The notes under the pieces: model-generated | The model's input: only the letters and a program-made list of their open reading frames with translations | What the model was told of the DNA's origin: nothing | Databases searched by the model: none | Position numbers and translations under genes: made by a program | Assembly (NCBI GenBank): GCA_963693365.1 | Contig: CAVNZM010000011.1 | Coordinates: 3,019,098-3,083,097 of the forward strand | Direction: 5' to 3' | Origin: Amoebidium appalachense | Taxonomy: Eukaryota; Protista; Ichthyosporea | Length of the DNA: 64,000 nucleotides | Shown: one piece after another, positions 12,311 through 52,827 of the stretch | Numbering within the stretch: position 1 is the first letter of the stretch | Layout: every line of letters begins with the position of its first letter

Positions 12311-13026
12311 TTATATATATATCTCTTTAATTTTTTATTTTTTATTTTTTTTTGGGGGGGGGGGGGGGAGGGGGGAGGGAATTCACCTCTCTGCTGAGTG
12401 AAGGATTTCCCGTGCGGGTACCATTGGGGCCATTCTTCTGCCATGCACCATACTGGCCTCTCTCCGTGGCATACATGAATGCCACAGCAGCCGCGAATCT
12501 TTGTTTAGCCTTACGTCTTTCGACCCACAATGCACCTGTCAGGGATCCGATTCCGGCCCTGACCAATCTCAGCTTGAAGCGCCATCAGCTCGCACTCAGA
12601 TCAGTTGCCGCCAATAATTCATGTTCACGAAGCTTCGAAAAATGATCCGACCATAATTCTATGAGGTGCCTAACATTGACAGCTCAGCCGCAGTCCGCAA
12701 TAAAAAAGTTGTAAAAAGAAAGAACTTCTGCGACTATCTTAACATACTATTTGTCAAAAAAACAACAAACAGTACTTCGACAAAGAGGAAACCTCCTACT
12801 CGTGTTCAAAGATATCCACACTCGAGTTTGACTGTTATGCACTACTAACAAGAAACAAGCTCGCTCCAGACAGCTTTCTTCTGAGTACTCTGCTCTACAC
12901 CGCGCTGCGTCACAAAGTGATCGACGATATCGTGTTCACCCTTTTTATACCTCTCCACTAGCCGCTAAGACAAATACCGTGATTCTTACCCAACCATTTC
13001 ATTCAAAAGGCCTACCCAATGGTATC

Positions 13027-13600
13027 GCCCGGTTGTGCAAGCTACAGGTGTAATTACCGCTCATTAGCTAGCTTTCACAACCGGGCCCTCCGACTGGTTC
13101 ACTATCACGGCTCACGAGGCCACTTCTGCAACTTCCACGACCGAAGAATCTGATTGTTCCCCTGCTAACGACGTCATTAGCGCAACTTTCACAACCGCGC
13201 AACCCGATTCGCCACATAAATCTCCCCAGACCCACGTCTTCCGTATCGTGCTCTACCTAGCGCCCGCCGCCGCCTGACGCCTTACGTAAGGCTTACGTAA
13301 GGCCCTACGCAAGCCTCCCCCCAAACCTCTATATCGTGGTCTGGCCCCCCCGACCCCACCGCCTTACCGTAACCCCGGCCCCGCGCCAGCCAACCAAACG
13401 GCCCGGTTGTGGAAGAAGGCCGAATCTGCCTACGACGTAGGGCTACCTTTCGTAAAAACGGTTTTTTGCGGTTTCCTTATATGGCTAATCTGATCGAACC
13501 GGATTCGATCTGGACCAATCATAAATACCCCTTGGCAGAGTTTTCTCGTTACGACACGTAGGGCTACCTTTCGTAAGGCCGGGAGCCGCGATTACGTAAT
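13027..13600. promoter_or_regulatory. Palindrome/repeat-rich divergent spacer between the recombinase and transporter genes
   Basis: 18-bp inverted repeat 13027-13044/13069-13086 (17/18 match). Palindrome GCCTTACGTAAGGC at 13279-13292 with further TTACGTAA copies at 13293 and 13592. Exact 21-bp direct repeat ACGTAGGGCTACCTTTCGTAA at 13435 and 13556. The region is free of microsatellites and CpG-rich. Function is inferred from position only. Confidence 0.5.
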
Positions 13601-13930
13601 CCTGCCCTCTGTGAGTCGCCTCTGCTCCCCCGGCCCGGCCTTCCATCGACTCCCTGAAGGACCGGTTTTTTGACCGTGGCGTGGACGCAACATGACTCTA
13701 TCAATCCATGCCCGCGAGCATTTATAACCCACTGGTTCTGCCTGTGGGAAACATGGGGCAACAAGGGTTTGGGTAGAACACAGTGCACCAGATCCGTACA
13801 AGTTGCTGCCAATCTCACTCCCACTCCACACACACACACACACACACAAACACAAACAGTTTAAGACTGGGAATAGCAACATTGAAGCACTTGTGAACAA
13901 GACCCGCAGTGTGAACTGCAGACAGCGAGA

Positions 13931-23749
<9,819 letters not shown>

Positions 23750-24498
23750 ATGTGTTCATTGGGTTTTTGGTGCGTGCTCTATTTGGAAAAATGGTGGTTT
23801 TGGGTTAGTGTGTTTTGTTTGACAATGTGTGGGTGGGGTTGTTTGTGTGTGCGCATTGTATGTGTTGTGTTTTGTGTGCGTACACCTGTACTAGAGGTAT
23901 TTGTTTGTTTGGTCTGTATATGTACGCCCAGACGTACATTTATAGTGTTTCTGTTTATGCGTGCTTGCGCGCTTGTGTGTGTGAATGTAGTCTAAAACTT
24001 GTGTCGGTGTGCATGCTTCATAATGTGCCAGTCAGGTGAATGAATTCAATATATTTTTTGTGTAAAAATATGCGTGTGTATATAGGCATCCATTGTATAA
24101 TAGTCCGATAATATGCACATAGTGTTCACGAAAATCATGCTGACTGCGCTGAGTCACATTGCACATTTTATACCATCACCGTGGGAGAGCATATAGCACA
24201 CGCAGACTTTCACGTGTATACGCACATCACACAGTGCCCGCACACCTGCCTGTGTCGTTTTCTGTTTGTTGATTCAGTTTTGCATTAGCTGATGATATCA
24301 TGAATGGCTTTGGATGGTGATGTACGTATGAATGCAAAGTGAGAAGGTGCCTTAAAGAGCAAGTGTATGTGGTTAGAATGCAGGATGCTGTTGTACTGTT
24401 ATCTCCTGTCACAGCGTAGCCAACGAGTTTATGTTCAATTAAATACAAGCAACTGCTGTAATTGGTCAATTGAATTGAGGCTAACCTTCCCCCCCCCC

Positions 24499-24580
<82 letters not shown>

Positions 24581-24613
24581 AAAAAAAAGAAAGAAAGAAA
24601 AGGGAAGAAAAAA

Positions 24614-24648
<35 letters not shown>

Positions 24649-25163
24649 AAGAAAAAAACTAAAAATGAAAAGAAAATCATGATGAGACACATACAGGGGC
24701 CGTACACACTCATTCAGACTCTGATGTCAAAGCATGCTAATTGAATGACAACACACACGCACGCAGAGAGAGAGACAGACACACACGGTGGCCATCTGCA
24801 GGCTCAAACACACTGACTCCTACCACACACACGTAACACATGCTGCACTCGCGCGTGCACGACACCAGCAACCTGTCTAGTAGTGTGTATGAATGTGACA
24901 CTTAAGAGTGTGCGAGAAGATGCCTGTCTTTTCACGTTCCGTCGTGCAGATTGTGTGTATGCATCTGTGGATATATACGTGAATGTGCAGGGCGTGTACG
25001 CACATGCTTGCAACAATGTGTTTGTGTGTGTGTGTGTGTACAGTTGACACTTGCTGATGCTAACACCGTTACGTATACGGTAGGAACATGAATCTTGAAA
25101 CGATTAATGTGGAATGTGGGTGGGGGGGTGGTGGTGGTGTTGGTGACCGGTGGGGGGTGGGGT

Positions 25164-25207
<44 letters not shown>

Positions 25208-25842
25208 GAGTAGCAACTCTTGGGCCCCGGGGAAAGTAGGGGAGCAACCCACCGCAGGCCGGGTGCGCCATGACTATAAACTCGGATATCATATGGGTGC
25301 TATATGCAAATTGGAAGCAATTTACACGTTGAATCACAAGACGAACTTCAACACGTTGAAGCTTATCAGTCCTTCATCGCTCTCGAATGTGTCATGCTAC
25401 AATAAAATACGCCCCCTCCTCCAACCCCCCTCCCCCCCCCCTTTCCCCCCCTTTCCCCTCCGGCCCTCCCTCCCCCCCCCCCCCCCCCCCTCCTTCCCCC
25501 CCCAGCCAGAGAGGTCTCCCATTCCACACACCCCCGGGGCGTCTCACAGTAAGGCTCCAATGCCCGAAATGGAGTCATTCGCTGACAGTGTTAACATCAA
25601 TGTCCAAACCCCCCCCCCCCCTTTTTTTCTTCTTCTTTTTCTTCCCAAAAAAAAAAAGAAGAAGAGGAAGCAATCTCTCCGCCCCAACTTGCAGAGTTTC
25701 CTGCACAACCTCCCTCGGTCCCTATGCCTATTATTTTTAGATTTCCACAGGAAGTTTATACGTCTTTGTGTTGCCACACGCAGACATGCAAGTGAAACGT
25801 GTGCGTGCACACGCACACAAACACACACACTGTGACGCACAT

Positions 25843-25933
<91 letters not shown>

Positions 25934-26090
25934 CTACAGGCACATCACTCAAATCACACACACACATTGCCAACTGGATGAGCATGAAAACAACGTTGCC
26001 CCCATTAAAGTTAGCGCTCATCAAAACGATACTTTTATGTTAAGAGGCCGGCAGATGGGGGCTAGGGAGGGCCGGAGGGGTGGCTGGGAT

Positions 26091-26124
<34 letters not shown>

Positions 26125-26374
26125 TGCCGGACCCACCCATCCCTGTAGTTAGCTTGTTGACGCCTCTGCCGGGGTGATCGAACAGGTGTACACATGTGGC
26201 AGGGAGGGGGAGGAGGAAGGGGGGAGGGGGGGGGAGGGGGGGGGACAGGTTGGCACAGGTAGGTTCCCCCACCCCTCTCCGCACCCTCGAGTACAGGGGG
26301 ATGGGGGAGGGGGGAGGGGGGAGGAGGGGAAGGGCGGAGAAGGATGATACCAACTTCTGGAAGGCTGATTTTTA

Positions 26375-26408
<34 letters not shown>

Positions 26409-26614
26409 TTCCGTTCCCATCCACCCCTTCCCACCAAGGGGGAGGGGGTGACGGGATGGGGGGGATGGGAGGGGGGGGGGGGGGGGGGGGGGTAGAATGT
26501 GTACTAAGTAGTGTGGGAATTCAAAGGACACATAAACAACAAAACAACACACTGCGGAATTCGCAAAACGGGTACACAAAGGGTCTAGGGTCTCGCATGA
26601 GGCTTGTCATCATA

Positions 26615-26649
<35 letters not shown>

Positions 26650-26653
<4 letters not shown>

Positions 26654-27021
26654 CTCACCACCACCACCACCACCACCATTTCACGCATGGCCTCCCCGAG
26701 GCTCACTCCTTGCAGTCTTGCAGTACCGTAAGTGTACCCGGGGCATTTCCTTCGTGTCGCTAACTCATGGATTCCAGAGAATAACGGCAACACCACTAAT
26801 AAGGGATTTATGAAATTTGAAAACGGGCAAGCGCCCCCGCTCACCACCACCACCACCACCACCATTTCACGCATGGCCTCCCCGAGGCTCACTCCTTGCA
26901 GTCTTGCAGTACCGTAAGTGTACCCGGGGCATTTCCTTCGTGTCGCTAACTCATGGATTCCAGAGAATAACGGCAACACCACTAATAAGGGATTTATGAA
27001 ATTTGAAAACGGGCAAGCGCC
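26650..27021. repeat. Perfect 186-bp tandem duplication
   Basis: Unit CCCGCTCACCACC...GAAAACGGGCAAGCGCC at 26650-26835 and 26836-27021. It is bounded by poly-C on the left and poly-G on the right. Confidence 0.9.
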
Positions 27022-27022
27022 G

Positions 27023-27061
<39 letters not shown>

Positions 27062-27527
27062 CAGACTACAGTAAGGGGTCATGACTTACATTTTAAAAGA
27101 TTATGGTCATCGCCTGCGATTTTCGGGGTATCAGGCGTTAAGGTTTTTGGAATATAATAAATGTAGACTTAAACCGCAGCATCATCAAAGTCGTGGCTGT
27201 TTTTTCCTCTTATGTTATGAATGATGATAACCGATACCTCTATAGCAGTATACGTAATGGCAGCCGGACAGGTACACGGAACGTCCCCCCCCCCCCCCCC
27301 TCTCCCCTCCCTCCTCCCTAGTCCCTCCCCCCTCCTGACCCCAAGCGTGCAATCCCCCCCCCCCCCTCCCCCTCGCCCCCCGCCCTCCCTCCCCCCCCCC
27401 CCCCCCCCTCCGGAGCTCCCCCCCGTTGGTGGCGTGCCGCCGGGGTGCCCTTCCCCTCCTCCCCCCTCCCCCACCCAAGACTGCAACATGCCCCCACCCA
27501 CCCACCCATCCACCCACCACCAGCACA

Positions 27528-27568
<41 letters not shown>

Positions 27569-28634
27569 ACATACACACACACCAAGACACGCCCGTTTTT
27601 AGATGGTGACGAGGCATGCGCAAAACAATTATGCAGCTGTGCATACACATAAATATTACTACGATTGAATTCAGAATGCTGGATCCGGAATAATGCAGTT
27701 CTGTTAAGGATCTTTCTGTGGATACAGAGAAAAATATGAGAGCTCGAGGCTTCTGAATCTGGAAGGAAGGAAATCATTGCAAGAAAGTGACAAACGTCAC
27801 AAATTTGATGGCTGACCCCCCGGCCCCCCCATCCCCTCCCCCCCGGGGCTCCAGCAGCCCCCCCCCCCCCCCCCCCCCCCTCTTCCCCCCCCCTCCCCCC
27901 CCCCCCCCAAAAAAAAAAAAAAATAATAAAATAAAAATAAAATAACCAGAGAGAAGAAATCCCGACCCCCCACCCCTAAATCTTCCCTCCTCAGGTGCCA
28001 GCCGTGTATTGAATGATAGAACCTGACCACCAGCACTCCCTCTAGGGCAAGTTTACTAGCGGTTCAGAATTGATTCGCCGATGCCGGCGCCTGCACCCGG
28101 CCTGAGGGTATGATATCGCTGCATGCACAATATGCGCATCGGTCGAACTCATGTCTAACGAGCTTTACATTGGTTTATTTTTAAGCACTGAAGACAGTAC
28201 TATATATGTATCAGAGTGACGCAGTATAGGGGTAAATACAACATATCCCCTCACCCAACCACCCTCCTTAATAAATCAAGAACTTGCTATCATAATAGTC
28301 ACCCCAAGCGAGCTCAGCTCCCCAGCCTTCATCATGGGTGCATGTACATATCAGTATGGGGTAGTATGGGGTTTACGCATATCAGTATGAAGCTGGGCCT
28401 CCATAGAGGCTCTGCAAGCAAGTGATTCTGCCAGTTGTAGGACGTTGGACAAACGTTGGAAATGTACATAAAAATTATATCTTCAAGTAGGACTCTTGGA
28501 AATATAGTCACAGACGGGCCTTCACAGCAGTTGTGGTGAGGTGCACTGTGGAAAGAGGTGGTTGAGGTATGTGTGGACCATGTTGCCTCACGTTATGTGA
28601 TTATATACCCCTGGCTCAGGCCGTCCCCGCTGAT

Positions 28635-29885
28635 GATTGGACACGCAGTAAACAGAACAGCCAACCACAATTCGAGAACCACGACCGAAACTTTGCCTTA
28701 TTAGGCATGTCCGCCCAATCCGTGACATGAACGAAAGGTACCAACGATTGGCTAGAGCATATCGGATTCCATCGCGACAATGTGATTGGATGTTGGGATA
28801 CTCATAAAGTTCGAAAAATTTTGCGCTGGAAAACAGCGAAAATGCTAGCAGGAATTATGCACATTTGATGCAGAACTTATATGAGAATTTTTAAGTTGCA
28901 GTTTAGACCATTTTCTTGCCTTTATGTCGAACCGCGTGGTACTCCTTGCAAGCTGCAACGTGAGCAGTGGAGAGCTATTCCTGGCCAGCCAATCACGGCA
29001 CGAACTTCTTAAAGCTGGTGAGCCACTCTCAGGCCTATGGCTGCCACTGCCTATAGTCTTTGAGACTGAAACAAAAAGTCAGTTTTTACATAATATATAT
29101 GTAATCTTCTATAATGTTTTACCCTATAACACTTTCTTTGAAGTGGGTTTTCAGCAGAATTAGTGCCGTATACACCCCAGCTGATGGGATGCAGTCAGCC
29201 TCGTTGAAGTGATCAGATGCCCGTCTCGCATTAGGCCTTACTGATATCCGTCCAATCAAAACCTCCCTAAAGAGCTTGTTTTCCGTTACCGTTGAAATAA
29301 TTCACACTACTACTAATAATTCGAATCACTTTTTGGATATTTAACTTAAGTATATTTAAAATGCTGTATGGGAAAGAAAATTTCAGATCAAAAGCGTTTT
29401 TTAAGGGGGAGCTACTTTCGTAGCTTCTTGACGTCAGAACGTGTGATCATGCAATTCGTTTATTATCACGCTTAAATCTTTTAGCTTCTGAGCCCAGCCT
29501 GTCCAGGCATGGTGTGTGCAGGCAGGGTTGCAAAACTCACAGCTTCACAAGATATAAGTGCAAACATTCAAGGCAAAAAATACACAATGATCTCATAAAC
29601 TACAAAAATATTTAAAAACATTTTTTTGATCTAAAATGCTGTACATTTCACTTTAAGCCTTCAATACACCACGCTCTGATGCCACTTTCTGGTCAACTTT
29701 ACCCAGCTCGGAGCACAGCCAGGCATTGCTCTTTTTGTACGGCCTTCTAAAACTATGTTTGATTGGCTGATAAGCTTGCAAGGGGACACACCCTGATAAA
29801 ACGCTATACTCTGTCCGATTTAAAATATAAAATCACGCACAGAGGCCCAGGGCTCAAAATGTCGCCCAGTTCCCGCCGTATAAAA
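28635..29885. promoter_or_regulatory. CCAAT-box cluster and TATA-like elements upstream of the intronless kinase
   Basis: CCAATC/GATTGG at 28635, 28715, 28746, 28784, 28989, 29252 and 29761. TATAAAA at 29826 and 29879. Motif matches only. Confidence 0.3.
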
Positions 29886-30136
29886 TCTGACGCTCCCAGG
29901 TGTGGGCGTCAGTTCATCACTCTCGCGTTGTGCCATGTATGAACCATTGAACGAATATGTGTCCTCCTTACTCCCTTCAGCGCTTTCTTTAGTCGCAGCG
30001 GCTAAAAACCTCTCAGCGGCCCCTGTGAATAGACACCGAAATATTAAGGGTTTCACGTGCACCGATGCAAGTATTTTCACACATGTTGCTCAGGAATTAT
30101 CGCGAAAGCACGTTGCTGCTAAGAGGCTAAAGCAAA

Positions 30137-31132
30137 ATGGAGGCCTACACCACCGAGTTCTTTGTGAATTCGGGGTTCGGCGGTACCGTCCATGCCGCTA
30201 GAGACCTGTACACGAACCAAATGGTCGCTGTAAAGACCGTACGCAAGACATCCGAGAATCATGCCGCCGTAGCACGCGAAATAGCGTGTGTGCAGTCCCT
30301 GGCGCACCCAAACATCATCACCACGTTTGATGTTGTGGAGACCGAGACGCACGTTCACTTTATTCAAGAGTTTGCAGAGGGTGGTGACCTGTTTGACCAC
30401 CTTCAGAGGTTCGGCTGTGCGGCAGATGAAGACTACGTAAAGAATATTTTTTCCCAAGTTGTGAACGCGCTTGGATACATGCATTCCCAAGGCTTTTGCC
30501 ACCGGGATATCAAGCCCGAAAATGTCGTCCTTAGCCAGCAGGCAGATGGCAACATGGTGGCGAAACTGATCGACTTTGGCCTTGCGGAGCAGGCAGAGTT
30601 TGTTTCGGGTCGGGTCGGTACGGACGCGTACGCTGCGCCGGAAGTTGCCTCGATTACTGCAGGTGCTTTGGTGAATGGGTTGGCAGCCGACGTTTGGTCT
30701 TTGGGTGTCATCCTCGTAGCCCTTTTGTGCGGCCGCCTCCCCTTTGCCGTGGCATCAGCCTTCGAAGACCCTGATTTTGCCGCGTTTCTTGAGCGTCATG
30801 CTGCGGGTCAGCCTGCTGCTGTGTTCACTGCATCCCCTGATATTCTGGGCATGACTCCTGCCCTCCGTTCCCTGCTGGACGGCATGTTGAACCCGGAACC
30901 TGCCCTACGCCCTACTCTAGCTGAAGTGGCTGAAATGAAAAATATACCCTGGTTCGAGTCCCCGTTGAAGGAAAATGAAGACTACAACTATAGCATCAGT
31001 TCGCATTGTGATAGCGGGTGCTCGTGGGGTGACCTTGCTCCGGAGGATGAGGTTGACTTTGCCTCTCTTCCCCTCCCTTCTTTTGAGCCGTTAACGGGCA
31101 CCAAGTCCGATTCTGGTGTGTCGTATGTCTGA
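30137..31132 (+). CDS. Intronless Ser/Thr protein kinase, CAMK group (CAMKL/AMPK-related-like), 331 aa
   Basis: Single ORF with an AAAATGG start. Motifs in order: NSGFGGTV, VAVK, alphaC Glu (AREI), HPNII, HRDIKPEN, DFG, GTxxYAAPE, DVWSLG, and the subdomain XI Arg (PALRPT). Confidence 0.93.
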   Translation: MEAYTTEFFVNSGFGGTVHAARDLYTNQMVAVKTVRKTSENHAAVAREIACVQSLAHPNIITTFDVVETETHVHFIQEFAEGGDLFDHLQRFGCAADEDYVKNIFSQVVNALGYMHSQGFCHRDIKPENVVLSQQADGNMVAKLIDFGLAEQAEFVSGRVGTDAYAAPEVASITAGALVNGLAADVWSLGVILVALLCGRLPFAVASAFEDPDFAAFLERHAAGQPAAVFTASPDILGMTPALRSLLDGMLNPEPALRPTLAEVAEMKNIPWFESPLKENEDYNYSISSHCDSGCSWGDLAPEDEVDFASLPLPSFEPLTGTKSDSGVSYV

Positions 31133-33238
31133 TCATAGTTTTTAGGTGCTCGGATACGGACAAAATAGTATAAATGCATCAACCGGCTCTGATGGAATTT
31201 TTATGTGAATAGTTGGAATTGTGTGGACACAAGTATGCGGACTGGGTCCGCTGCGGACTGGGTCCGCAACACAAATATGGGTGAAAATTTAACTGGTGAT
31301 GCTGTTTCAAGGAATAGCACACCCTTTATTCCTAAAAATGGCAGTCCTTGTTTTGACCAAGGCCTCCTTATCACCCGAGCCCGGAACGGAGGAGTGCGAA
31401 TCGGAGTGCAAAAATGGAACTGGCCGGGTTTGAGACGTTGCGATCGAATGACTGAGTCATATCCGGCGAGAAGAGCTCTGATCGAGACGCGGTCGCTGCA
31501 AAGAAGGATGCCGGCATTGCGTGCACACATGCGCATGCGGCCAGAGCGGGTGTGGTTGTGTTTCATCCCAGGGTGGGGTGGGTGGAGGTGGGGGAGTTGG
31601 TTTGACCGTTTTGTTGGGGCCTTATTCCGTTTTCGCATGGGTAGCGGCCCCGTGAGATCCATAAACCAACGACTGAGCCTGCCTACCGTAGTAATTATTA
31701 GTCATGATTAGCAGAACTGTTTGGCAAGGGGGGGGGGGGGTGTGCAGCTGAGCACCAGAGGCTTCGGCTGCCATGCCGGCACACACATACTTCGTATACA
31801 AATACACGTGCATATGCTCTCACTTTCAGTACCTATTGAGTAAAGCGCCAGCGTGTGAGAGATTGTGAAACGACACATGCCCACGCCGGACACGCACTAT
31901 CTTCGAGTTCAGGCAGACACAAACGCAGTGAGCTCGCACGCGCGCACACACAAACTACACTACACCGACAACACCCAAACACGTACGCATAGTAGTTAAA
32001 GTAGCACTTACACACACCCACACGTCTGCCGCCTGCACACTAGCATGCAGACATGCCCGCATACACTGTGAGTCAGACACAAACACATACCAACGCCCCG
32101 CGCACAGACATACACACCAAGTCGGAGCACGAATAAGTTTTTGCTAGAATAATATTGAAGTTTGCTCTTCACAAAAAAGCAGGGTCATACATGAAAAAGA
32201 GAAAATGGGCGAGCTCAGTGGGCTGCCGATAAGTATATTTCGTGCTGGGCCGGTATACATGCTGCCGTGGTTGTTGCTGTAGACGGCAGTATCGTGCGAG
32301 CCTGCACATGCACAAAAGGTTGCCAGGTCAAAGCATGGGAAAAATACCGAAGGTCTTCCCGCGCCGTACGGTAGTACTTCGTTCTTGTAATAGTGGCATA
32401 CTGTTCGAGCGTGCACTAGTCGCACTGATCCTCAGAGTCCTTTCTGAGCACTTTGCATCGTAGTTGGGGTAGGGCTCGGGGCTGTGTACGTTCGTCTCCC
32501 CCCCCAGGTGCAACGTGTGACAACTGTCAGTGTTCGTGTGTGTAGTCCTCAGTCTAAGATGTTTTGTGCAGGTGCGCGAGTGCTATGGTGATACTATGAC
32601 TGTGTGCGTGTGTGGTGGTCGGGTGTGGTGGTGGTGGTGGTGGTGGAAGTGGTGGTTGGGGTGTGGTGGGCTGGGGGGGGCTTCTGTACAGTAACTAACA
32701 AATCGTGTTTTTGGGTTGCAAGCTCACGTTGTTCATCACTTACACATAAATATAGATTGGGCTGTTCATGATTATGCCTTTTCCGTCTCACGTCGAAACA
32801 TAGATTAATCCCTTCAACGGTTAGGCTTTGTGCTTTGTGTTTGTGAGGTTTGGGCATGCCGCAGGGCTTGACATCTTGTCCTCTTTTGAATTTAACAGCA
32901 AAACCTTCGCTCACGGGTCAACAATATCAATATGCCAGCAGCGGGCGATGAACCAGTCCTATGAGACGGGAAAAAACACTTATGTGTAAAGCGTTTGTGT
33001 GCGCCACAATCAGCTGCATACGAAGAATCGTTCAATTATGAAAACAAAACGTGAAAGAGAAAGTTTGGTTTTACTTGGAGCAAGGCTAGCCATGATGTCG
33101 TGTCGTGGCACCTTTTCGCACTTATCGCTTTTTGTGTGTGTTCCTGTGTACAAAATCACACGTTTGCGAGGTTATCTGCCTTGCTGGCCCAGGAAGATGG
33201 AGAGCAGAGAGAGAGTTCGATCGTGATTGAGAAGGGGG

Positions 33239-33279
<41 letters not shown>

Positions 33280-34340
33280 TCACAGCACGGAGAACAGAGA
33301 AAGGGAAGTGCTTTTGCATCCGTTGACCGCAATTGAACGAAATAAGGGATATCATAGCGACTTTTGTAACCAGAGTACACACACATGGAGGGCAGTAACT
33401 CAATTTCGCCAAGTTGGTTTCAAACTTCCTGCTTCGGCCGCCGTGGGATCCGGAAGTAGGCTACACAGTGACAGCGCTAGCGAGGCAGCGAGTCAGTCAG
33501 TGACGTGACGTACACTACAATAAGTGATTAGTCTGTAGAGATTATGACGTCATTAAAGACGTTTTTCCCGGAGGGGTCAACATGCTGAGGAATCATTCAA
33601 TGAAGACTATTATAAAATGAGCCACTCCCAAATAAGATGCATCTCCAAATATGGTAAAGTGCAAACAAAGTCTGACCAATCAGATGTAGCAGCACCCAGG
33701 GGTCGAAAATGTAACCCTAGCCCTCTGATAAAACGAAAGTCCTGCAGTGGAGAAGAAACACTTTGGGGGGGAATGTGCTGTTTATTAACGACATGTAGGT
33801 GAGCTGTGATGAGTTGTCGGCACCAAGGCCAACAGTACTTCCACCCAACAAGATATACATGCAAGAAATTGAGGTTGCACTTTCAACCATCTTATGCTTT
33901 CAACCATCTTATGACAGTAATATCATTCTACACGGTGATTGTCGAACATGTTGTAGAGCGCCTTCATAGAAGCCCTATTTCAAAACATAGGCATTCAAAA
34001 AAGGGCAATGATCATCTCGTCGTTGTCTGGTAGATCAAGTTGTCTAATTGACGTTTCGTTTGTTGACTCACAATTAGAAGGCAAATGCAATTGACGCCTC
34101 GAGTTACGGTGAAAACGGTGAAACCCCTCAGTTTTTCACGGATATCGTATTATTATAAAAGCCGTAGAATTTTACTATCGATGCTTCCTATATAGTATGA
34201 TTCCCATCCCCATGCAATGAGGACCATGGGGTTAACTTGCGGTTAGTAAGTTGAACGGTTCTTTAGTACACACAAGAGATACAGCGCGGGCCTTTGCGGA
34301 AAAGGCGTGTGCGAGAATGGTGTTGTGTAAGCCCATATAC

Positions 34341-52637
<18,297 letters not shown>

Positions 52638-52784
52638 TCCCGTTAAAATTCCAAGCCCACACTTACCTATGACAATCCTAACAATTCTTCATTTGTTCCC
52701 AATTTTTATCGATACATCCACTGATTCATTGTATTCCCTATCAATAGCTTCAGGAAGCCTCGGTTTTTCTTTGCTTTTTGTCCC

Positions 52785-52827
<43 letters not shown>

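Larger units (their letters stand above)
5748..12584 (-). pseudogene. Spliced tyrosine recombinase (Crypton-like DNA breaking-rejoining enzyme), 3' end frameshifted
   Basis: Minus-strand exons <=12584-12387, 11956-11893, 10085-9997, 9564-9472 and 6214-~5870 join through four GT-AG introns with matching phases (0,1,0,0). Product: ...FAAAVAFMY...GAW...GNPSLSRE|[21 protein letters not shown]|AKPMRESIL...SLMML|[24 protein letters not shown]...|EIGEKRIHVSLGGRKTHQEG...LCGHCFLARWL. Catalytic R (LLRxDE) and K (RKTHQ) are in frame. An HxxR-like motif (TGHFVRVA, 5900-5886) and GLLNLGDGKS are in another frame that ends at the 5748 stop. The 5' end and start codon are unresolved. Confidence 0.75.

Noticed and set aside
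25250-28140. Possible minus-strand spliced gene (exon-like pieces near 25340-25400, 26140-26165, 27100-27240, 27980-28050)
   Set aside because: Some AG/GT boundaries are followed by C-runs, but I could not chain phases without stops or recognise a domain.
31201-31711. Overlapping 168-aa (+) and 153-aa (-) ORFs downstream of the kinase
   Set aside because: No recognisable motifs. Consistent with chance ORFs in UTR or intergenic sequence.
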